From Psammoneis japonica (taxonomy: Eukaryota): a stretch of DNA of 64,000 nt. The position numbers were made by a program, and so were the translations under genes. The notes below the pieces were generated by a model, which worked only from the letters and a program-made list of their open reading frames with translations, did no database searches and was not told where the DNA came from. Location of the stretch: the NCBI GenBank assembly GCA_008632985.1, contig QPGO01000021.1, positions 310,001 to 374,000 on the forward strand, read 5' to 3'. Shown here piece after piece: positions 11,800 to 21,800 of this stretch (position 1 is its first letter; each line of letters starts with the position of its first letter).

Positions 11800-13330
11800 A
11801 TCAAAGCTCCAGACCAGAGAGTTGGTGGGGAGAGGATTCTCTCAACGAATGATGTACATGAGCAAGAAGTGTGGTGGGAGACAAGGCCGCGTGGCTTGTG
11901 ATGCCTTTTTGAATGTTGGTATTGATGGCGGGGTGTTTTGTAGCGGATGATGGCTCAGACGGCATTTTGGACGGCACTGCTTCATTTCCATTTGACTTGT
12001 TTATGATGCCAGCAAGCTTGATTGGGTCCATCCAACCATTCCATGGAGTGAACAATGTCGGGGTGCTTCTTTGCCATCAACAGTGTGCAGAATGAGGAGC
12101 CCGGCATTCAATGAGGAGCAGGTGTCACACAAGGCCGGGATGGAGATGGCTTTTGAGTTGCTGGAGTTGTCACCAAATTGGAGGATCACATGCGAGAGTC
12201 CATCATTGACAATGATGAGTGCAGAGCGGAGCTGCTTGTTCACAGCAGAAGTGGCCAGGGATGCTGCTGTGATGGCTTGGGGTTGTTCTTGGGTGCAATG
12301 CTTGCATCTCATCACCATTGTTTGCTGCAGCTTTTTTTTCCTGCTTCTTGTCCAGTGGCACAATCATGACTGCAACTGCTCTTGAACACTCATGTTTTTT
12401 TGCATGATCTTGAAAAGAAACTCTCATTGAATCAATCTTGGAGCTGCCATTGCTGCAGGAAACTTCTTGCCAAAACAATTTTCTAAATGGCCTTGTGCTT
12501 CTGTTTGCCCATCAACTCAGACTTGTTGAATCTCTTGTGGTCATTGTCTCAAAGCTGTTTGACCAAAGCAAAGTCCTCTCAGTGTGCCTTCTGTGTGTGC
12601 AGCACATTGCTGGTGAAAGAACAGGTGTTGCTTTGTCAAAACCCTGGGAAAGCTCTGACTGCAAAACCAGGCTCTTTTTGCCTTCCCAAGATTGGAAGAA
12701 GAAAGTCTTTAAAATTGACTTTGTCCTGAACTTTTCCTGTTGTTTTGTCCTTGGCCCTTTCTCTGTGCCCCACAGCCCTGCTTGTTTGCGGCCACTCTTC
12801 CCAAACCTTGGCAGATTGCCTCTCCAACAAAAAAATGTGTCACAGCACAACATCCTTTTCCCCCAAATCTTCACCAACTTTCCCACTTCAAGACAGGTCT
12901 CTGAGTTGACTCCAATGATGAGTGCTTGCCCCATGTGGCAACAATGCCAAACAAACAAAAACACATTGCCTCTCTTTTGAAAAAGTGCAGCCCCACCCTC
13001 TTTTTGCTTCAAGCTGCAAATCACAGCCATGCTTCTTGTGTGCTTTTGATTTAAAAGGTCAGCACAATGCCGTCTTGGGTTGTTTGCCCTGCCTGTGTTT
13101 CAAGTTGTTCCAAAAATGTGAAATCAGCCATGTGCCTCTGTCAGCTGTGATGGTGCAGTGCACAACAACTTGTGACAACAAGAAAGCTCTCTGGCTCTGA
13201 ATCATCATCTCTCAACAACAGAAGAAAGAAAGAATGGGCAGCCCCTTGACGTTTGTGTCACCTCGATGATCCATTCCTGATTGCCCCCCCCCCCCCCCAC
13301 TGTGTTTGGCTTGCACACCACTGACCGAGC
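11800..13330. other. TpA- and CpG-depleted island, unclassified decayed repeat (possible aspartic-protease-like motif on - strand)
   Basis: Almost no TA or CG. Minus-strand LSHVILQFG...ALCDTCSSLN resembles a retro-type protease motif. C15 tract at 13284-13298. Confidence 0.5.
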
Positions 13331-13644
13331 CTTTTGACGGAGAGATTTTCTACGTTGATTTATCGGCATTGTCCTGCGAATGCATGCAGTGATCGGGCGC
13401 AAGCACCAGACCATGCCGCACAACATTCATTTTGTGAGCATGTGCGGGACATCGGCCAAAATGTGACGGTTGGAATGATAGGAAGGACACACTAATCTAA
13501 CACACTAAAACAAAACACGCTTGGCGCACTAACGGATAGGTAAATTATATGTTCAAGTCCAAATATGTTCATATTGTGTCGATTACCGGCGGTCAAGTCG
13601 CAACGATCACAAATCAGCATTTTTATCCATTTTTTCTTTCTGCA

Positions 13645-15306
13645 ATGATGGATCCTCGTCAGTCATCAGCACTCGAGCGTACGGGATCAAATGATGGTTC
13701 CTCGCCTCATTTCATCGTAGTCGAGGCAAACAGCAGCGGAATACAAATCATTGGAGATTGGGAATGTAGTGATCCCGAAGTGTCGACTAACCAAACCTCG
13801 TCGACCGCCTCTGTACGACTATTGAACAAGTGCGATCAAGATGACACTACAAACGAGGATGATGATGAGAACACAAGTTTATCGTCCGATGATGACTCCG
13901 TAATCATGACGAAAGATCCAGAGACGGGTCAATGGGAGTGCAAGCCTTACAAGTCACAATTACTACAAGCCGAAATATCACAGGCAAATATTGGCAATGG
14001 CAAGGAATCGCACCAGCGCATTGTAGAAAAGCTAACTGAACTGGGCGTGAGCGTCTATGTTGTGCCACATCAAACACTTGGGAACATGTTGGAAAACATT
14101 ACGCATGTAGTTAACATGGTTGCCAAAAAGAACAGTAGCTGTCACGCCAACTGCCAGTCCTGCTTGCTCTACCAAGACCAACAGGGTCGGCTTTACAATT
14201 TGACAGTTGAAGACCATGCTATTGGAATTGCCACTCGTTGGAAAGCTTGTGTTGCTGGCTTTTCTGGATTTCAAGCTATGGTTTGCCTGACGGTACTGAC
14301 CCGCACGTTTTCCTGTGCCAATGATGGTATGTGATACAGTAAAAATATGATGCTGCGACGACGAATAACGTCATCATTCTTATCTATCGGTTTGTACCTT
14401 TCTCTTGCCACCACAGACGAAATCGATGAAAAGATGGACCTGATTATCAGACCAGGAACCGCTCTAGTTCTAGTTCTTGGTCTCGTATTTTCCGAGGAAA
14501 CAAGCTTGTCCTGGATCAATGCTGCCATGTTTGTTCGGGGAGTACCGTCGATTGCAGCCCACTGTCTCGACCAGTTTGTGGAGAATGATTGGGTCCGCAA
14601 GCTCATGATTTTTACCTTGTCGCTTGCCTCCACCTATACAGGAACGACTCAACGCGTTCTCACCATTGTGGGTGTTGGACTTGCATGCGTAGCACTCTTG
14701 GTGAACCTTGGAGCTCGTTCTTGGCACTTTCTCAAGTGGAAGCCCCTGCAGTACAATGGACTTGCTGCGCCGTTTGTTGCCTATGTTGCAGCCATTGGTG
14801 TCGGGCTTATCTTTCCATACATGGGACACCGAGGTATCGAAGTTGGTGGAAAGGCTGCCATTGAAAATGTTGTCAAGACGGCCCTCTTTGTCGGCGTCAT
14901 TTTTCTAGTGAGCGGCCTTGATGAAATTAGAGAGCATCTGGTTGTCGGCTCGACTAAATGTGATCAGAAAAAGGTCAACATTATTGTTGGATCGTGGTGG
15001 ACCGCTACCTTGTTGATGTGTTTGTACTTGACCCGACTGATTCCTCCTGCCATGCAATGGCCACAAGCCGATGGCGAGCTCCTCTTGGAAGAAGATCAAA
15101 CATCACCCGTGGGATTCAAAGTTCCCAATCTCCCTGTATTCCCTCTCAAGCCTTATTTGGCAAAGCAGGGACTATCCTTTTGCACCATTTCTCTAGAAAT
15201 CCTATTTGGTATCGTTGTTGCCGCCGGCATTGGTGGTTTGATTATCTACACAGCCTTTTCGGAAGACAATGACAATTGGTTCGGTACTTTATCAGCCACG
15301 CTGTAA
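13645..15306 (+). CDS. Multi-pass membrane protein, 2 exons (13645-14326, 14417-15306)
   Basis: The intron gtatgt...ccacag joins the two ORFs in frame (ND-G|AC-EID). Acidic N-terminus, many TM segments. Confidence 0.75.
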
Positions 15307-15609
15307 AGTTCAACGAATCTGAAAATCCTACATCCTACACTATGAAGCCGTACCCACATTTAATAGTCTCGGTGTTCAAAACCCTTTGTCACTACATCCA
15401 AGTACCGTCTACCGGCAGTACAGTAAAGATTTCAACAAATTGCAACAGGCATACCGTACCGGGAGGCTTTCATCGCCTCATCGGCAGAGCTTTCTGCTTC
15501 CTAACTCGTGCAGCTTCTGAATCATGCATATATCTCCATCCATAGTCCTTTGTCCTGCCTCTTATAGTACAGTATGGGCCAGACTAGCCCTAATCTTTTA
15601 CATTCTGTG

Positions 15610-18545
15610 ATTGTGTGCGTGCACGCACGGTCCGTCATTGTTCATTCATCCGGGGTGGACTGGAAAGACGCAAAGCCATCAATCAACATTCTGAATAAAA
15701 CACAAAATCAGAAAGAAAGCTTCCTATTCCGGTGATTTCTTACACATTGGTTGTGTGAAAAACTGCTTTTGTGGGGGCGTGCAATCTTGTTTTTGTTCTT
15801 TTTGATGAGGAAGGTGCACCATTCGAGGAAGTGAGTTTTGGGTTGCAAAATGAAGTGTTTCCGCTTTCTCTTCCTCATCATCCATGGAGTCCACGAGAAC
15901 CAGCATACATGGTTAGTGCCGCCAATCCTGCTCCCTCCCGTGCGTGTAGAGGTTTCTTGTCCACCACCACCCGATGATGCGTTGTCTGCCTTCACGGGCA
16001 TTGCAACTTTGTGCGATGAGTCGTTGCCTTCACCGTCTCTGTCCTCCTTCCTTTTCACATCCCTGTCCTTTTGATCTTCGAAATGCACGAGACCTTCCTT
16101 CCTCGAAGAACCTGCTCCACGATGCTCGATTCAAAAAAATCTGTTGGCCATGATGAAAAATGACCACATCTCAAATGAGACATTTTGCTTCCCCCCGGAA
16201 GCGTGGCTTTGCATCAATGCTCCTTTCTCCTTGCCAAACCAATGGAAGTGCCACCTTGCAGAGAGATCAGTCATTGCCACAAGGATCCTGGTGTCTGGGT
16301 TGAAAAAGAAGCACACAAATGCTGCAGAACCACTTGTCTCAGAGACGCGTTCCAGGTCTAGGTGGGACCTCGTACTACTGAACTGTGACATCGACAGTTT
16401 TTTGAATCACGTCGTATGTCGCGCACGTAGATTTCTACGTGATTTTTTCGACATTTTGTGTCATTTTACGGTACACTTATTGAGCGATCCGTCCAACAAC
16501 TTTTGACATTTTTTGTTACAGCGCTATTCTATAATGTCATAAGAATCGCGTAGGGCAGGCGCATTTGCAAAAACGTCGAGTGGTAAGAGGCATAATTGTA
16601 CCACAAACTTGGCCGTTTATTTGATGTTGAAGACAAACATATCCATTGATTAAATTCTCGTACTACGGAGCTCGCACGTAGAATTCTACGGGCCCAATGT
16701 CACACGGAGTCCCACCTGGGGCTGGAACGCGTCCAGAATCTTGGCATGTCGCTTGTTGCCAGATCTCTTCAGTGCAAAGCATGCCCAGCACCATGTGTTT
16801 TCCTGGGTGGTCTCAATGACCTGGTGCCACTGTGAAGCCAACACAACATCAATGGCACCATGGGTCCTGACACCATGTGCTTCCATGTCAATTGACAGCA
16901 AATCATCCAGACCGTTCCCCTCAAAAAGCTTTCCACCTTGCGGAAGAACAGTGTTTTGGGTGTTGTTCTTGAGGTGTGCCATGCACTTCTTGCAATTTGC
17001 GAGGCCATCATCCTCTTTCCCTTGAAGCAATGCATGAGATCAAAGTTGAGAGGAAAGATGTTGCAACCAATTTGGCTTGCAGCTCCACTTCTCACATCCA
17101 GATGAGCCCCATTTCTTTGGACCACACAATTGCAGTTTGGCACCTCTGGATTTGAGATCTGAACATTTGCATTGTCTGATTCTTTTTCAAGATCCACACA
17201 TCATCATGATTCATGGAGCAGGGCTCATGTCTCTGGGGGTGTCAAATCCTGATGAAGACAATGTGGTGGATCAGATGGCGCAGCATGTTTCCACACATGC
17301 AGGGGGCAAGCTCTTTGGACATGACTTGGGAGTTTGCTGTGGATGTGCCAGAGCTGAGCTTGAAGAATTGATTGTGGTTGATGTGTTCTTGTGATGTGGT
17401 GATGACTTTTTCTCCTCTCTTGTTGATGGTCTCTTGACCAGCATGGTGTCTCTGGGCAAGGGGAGTTCCCAGCCTTTTCACACTTCATTGGACAGTTTCT
17501 GTCAATGAGCTGAAGAGTTTCTCACTGTCCACTTGTGGTTTCCTCTTTGCAGAGTGTTTCAGGTGTCTTGCAGCCACATGCCTTTTCATCAACAGGCTGC
17601 TCCAATGGGAATTTTGCACCTGCTGTTGTGCAACACACAGCCACCAATGAGAGCCAATGTGTCACGGCGACGTGTTGCAGCCTTTGAATGTCACAAAGGG
17701 CATGACAAAATAACCTTTTGTCTGCATGCATGCTGCGTTGTGAATTCACAGCGGAGTGGTTCATCGCAACCATCAGGCAGGAGGCCAGGGGTTCGAAACC
17801 CTGAGTGGGAGTTGTCTGCAGCAACGTTGATCACTGTCGAACGCGTGAAACTCTGTGCAGTTCTGTGTGTTCCTTCGCACACACCCACACTGTTCCGTCA
17901 AAACCATGCAGTGTCAGCACACGTTAGCAAAGAGCTGCATGGACGCGCGACACATGGGGAGGAGTGCAACACACAGCCACTGATGAGAGTCAATGTGTCA
18001 CGGCGACGTGTTGCAGCCTTTAAATGTCACAAAGGGCATGACAAAATGACCTTTTGTCTGCATGCATGCTGCAGTTGACTGGTCACTGGCTGCTGGGTGA
18101 ATTGTTCTGCAGAGGATGACATTGAAGGAGGGGGCACACTTGTTCCACTGGTTGAAATTTGGAGCCGCAGCCCAGCACTGATGTCTTTTGAGAGCTTGGA
18201 TGGCTGCTTCTGAGTCAAGGTTGAAACATGGTTCAAGGACTTGCCAGCTCATCTCTGCTGCTTTGGTTGTTGGCAGCTCAAGGCCAAAGAGAAATTTGCT
18301 TGGCAGCAGCCAAGTTGGTTGCAACACAAAACATCATGAATCAACTGAGCAAACATCTCATTGGATGATGGCTGTTGTCCGGCGTGGGCACGAGAGCACA
18401 GCAGCTGTCAATGTCAGTGGGTGTGGCTGCAGTGTTTTCTTGAGAAGACAACATCATCATGGCAGATTCTGCTGGGCCAGCCTGAACAGGTGGCTTTTTA
18501 GATTGGGTGCCTTTGGCAGATCCACTGGGTCAGAGCCTCGAAAGG
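15610..18545. other. Cluster of decayed, TpA-depleted repeat fragments (host site of the copia insertion)
   Basis: Fragmented ORFs lacking Tyr, a 109-bp internal duplication, and a short TA-retaining interval at 16360-16690. Similar decayed sequence resumes at 25350-26100. Confidence 0.55.
17628..18072 (+). repeat. 109-bp direct repeat (17628-17736 and 17964-18072)
   Basis: Direct alignment. Differences CA/TG, TG/TA, TA/TG plus one C/T. Confidence 0.9.
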
Positions 18546-18821
18546 TGACAGAAATTGAAGGCAAATGGCAAGAATTCAAACAACAACTCCTTGCTGCTGT
18601 CTAAATGGCAGATGAGTCTCCGCTCAGAGACCGTCACAGGAGCCGAAGGACGTGTAAGTTGGCACAATCGGGCCACTGTCATCATTCTTGTGAGCCTTGT
18701 GGCTCGAAAGCAAACTACATCGCGCGCGAACGCGCGGAACTAAAGCACACAAAACTGTGCGCGGTAAACTAAACAGCGCGCGATACTTCGCGCGCATCCA
18801 AATCCTGTTCAAATCCTGTCA
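18546..18821 (-). repeat. 3' LTR
   Basis: Matches 25069-25344. Preceded on the - strand by the purine tract aaactggggag (18822-18832). Confidence 0.95.
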
Positions 18822-21800
18822 CTCCCCAGTTTGCTTGAGGAGCCACAGAAACAGATTCGACTTCGGATGGAATGAAGTTCCAGAACATGAGGGGGCGGAG
18901 AAGGTCCCAGATTTGGGAGTAACCCCAATGCTTGCTGAGAATGTCAGCAGGGTTGCGGGAGCCTTCGATGAAGTGGAACTCAAGGCAACCAGAGGCAATT
19001 GCCTCACGCACACGGTGGAACGACAGTGCGGTGTGTCGCTTGTGTAACTTGGAGTGCGGGATGGTGGCACTGTCTACAACCGACTTGTTGTCACCGAACA
19101 TGTAACTAACATTGCGGATCGGGACGCCAAGGCAGCGCAGGGTGATGCGCAGGTCGATAATCTGCTCAACACAATTCCTTGCGGCAACAAATTCAGACCC
19201 GCAGGTTGCAGTCTCCACGGTGGCTTGTTTCTTGGAGAACCAATCAGCCGGGAATTTGTTGAGGAAGTGGAGCATTCCCATGACAGAGCGTCCAGTGAGC
19301 ATGCAATGGTACAAGTTTGCATCGACGTAGTGGGTGGTAGTGACGAACTTGCCAAGGGGCGGTGGAGCGTCCTTCGGGATCATCTCTTCTGCTTCACCAT
19401 ACACGGAATGCATCCATTCATAGGCTGGAGCAGGGAGATCCGAATAGTCGGGCTCTTCCGTGCGAACGCGGAGAGCACCGTGTCGCATCTTGGAGAGGTG
19501 CCCACAGACGCGTTTGGCACGATCCAAGTGGCCTTGACGGGGCGCAGCTCGGAAGCTGGAGAGTGACATGACGGCCGTGGTAATGTCAATTCGACCAAGG
19601 GACACTGCCCATTGGAGTGAACCAACAAGAGACTGGAACTTGTGAATGCCATCGGGTCCCAGCAGTTCGGAAGTGTCCAGTTCGGGGTGGTCACCCTTCT
19701 CTAGAGGTGACAGGGCGTTGGTGGTGGGTTTCTCCCCAAACAGTCGGGCGTAGCTGTCGACCATGCGCTCGATGCACTTGCGCGGAGACAGGCACAAGGT
19801 TCCGTCGGGGTCCCGGGAAAAGTCGCAACCCAGATGGAACTCAATGGGTCCCGTGCCCTTGAGCTTGAACTTGTGCTTTTCCGTGAGAGTGTCGACGAAA
19901 GGTTGAGGGTCCTTCATGGCAATGGCGAGGTCATCCACATAAACGGCAATGTATTCATAGTGGTCGCCGTTCTTGCGCATCCAAATGTCGGGTTCGGCGC
20001 AGCAGGGGAAGAAGCCTTCAGCTCGCAGGCAGTCAGCGAAGCGTTCGTGCCAGCGGAGACCGGAGCTGCGCAGTCCATGCAGTGCCTTGTGGATGACAAG
20101 GATGTGTCCTTCGAGTTTGCCAAATTCGGGTCCAGCTACAATGTAAAGCTTCTCCTTGGTGGTGGCCTCAAGGCAGGCATTGCCAATGTCGGTGGCCCAT
20201 GTCTCCAGCTCGTTGAGTTCGGCCAGGAAAATCATCAGCCGAAGGCCACGAAGGGAGACTACTCCGGAGTAGACACTATCGATAGGTACGTCCGTGAGGT
20301 GCCCGTCGGCTACGAGTCGTGCCTTGTGGCGACCGTCGTGTTTCACGTCGCACACCAGGTGCACTCGGATCTTCTTGTGTCCCGCAGGAGGAGTGGAAGA
20401 CTTGAAGGGCCCGCAGTCATGGAAGACTTCGTATTCGTCGAGTTGGTCCATCTCGAGATTAGTTGCGTCTCCCCACTTGCGGTTGCCGTTGCGTTCGTCT
20501 AGTGACATGGCGTGTTTGCAGTTCCGGGGAACTTCGTATCCGCACTTGTAGCGAGGTGCAGTGCGGAAGGAGCGAAGCTTGGCTTGGTTGGCCATGCGAA
20601 ATAGTTTCTTTTGGCGCCTCGCGATAGTGCGGAACCGCTTCCAGCCATCCGTGTCGAGGAGTCCGTTCTCTCGTGCATAGATGGCACAGGTGACGGGGTC
20701 GTCCTTGGCGATGATGGCAAGAGGCTCGGACGTGATCTCCCCACTTTCCCATTCAAGCATGATGTTGTAGCTTGAGCCTTTCCAGGTTGGGTCGTGAGGC
20801 TTCAGAGGTCCTTCGTGTGACACGATGCGTCGAAATTTCCAAACAGTGGTGTCTTCGTCTTCTTGCTCAATGTGATTCATGATGTCATTGCAGGCAAGGA
20901 CTTCCTCGTATTCGTCATTGTTGACAGAGCAGATGAACTTAGTGAGCTCGGGATTGCCGTTCACTTTCCATTCGTGGTCTTCGACGGCCTTGACGATGCG
21001 AGCTCTGTGGCGTTGTCCGTCCTCTTGTGGCTGCATGAGGAAGGTACGTCCAATGATGTCTTGCAGATCGAAAACTGGCATCTTGGGTGTCCTGATCTCC
21101 CCATCAGGAGAATCGACGGGGTTGTCGTCATGGCGAGATTTGATGATGGGTTCAGGTGGCTCCCCATCAGGAGGATCAAGACGCAGGTTTCGAACAGCAG
21201 GATCGGGGGCAGCGGAGCGAACGTTGGACCGGCAGAGGATCTTTTGAGTCTCGTCAGATAGGATCTTGAAGGTCATCTGGTGGCCGACGTGCTCAGCAAT
21301 GCCAACGAAGCGTCCGCGCAACTCACGGGATTCGGACGGCCAATCGGAGTCATCGAGGTGGAAGTACACTGGTTCCCACCAGTGAAAGCGAAGCAATGGG
21401 CTGATGTCCGGGGTGGATCCAGTGAGAGTCTCGAGGGGCGTGCGCCAGTGGAGACGTGGGGACGCTGTGTGGTTGAGTGTGAAGCACACGTGCATGAGCG
21501 CCAGCAGCCATGTGTGGGCGGGCGAACCAAAACGGTCCATGACAGTGTTCGCCATGCGCTTCACGGTCTGGTGGCGACGCTCGGCAAAGTTTTGGTGTTG
21601 CTGGTGAGGCTCACTTTGCCAGCTGGAGATGAAGAGGGCGCGCAGGATCCCGAGCACTTTGTTGCTGATCTCAACTTGAGCACGGTCGCCAATGAGTTTG
21701 GATGGGGCACCACGTTCACGGATCTGATCCTCGAGTGTGTTGACAAACTCTTTGTCCGTCTTAGTGCCGTAGACGTCAGTGACGGTAGACTCGGTGCCAA

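Noticed and set aside
13284..13298. Poly-C tracts (also 52591-52608) as functional G4 elements
   Set aside because: Simple homopolymers inside decayed repeats with no other support.
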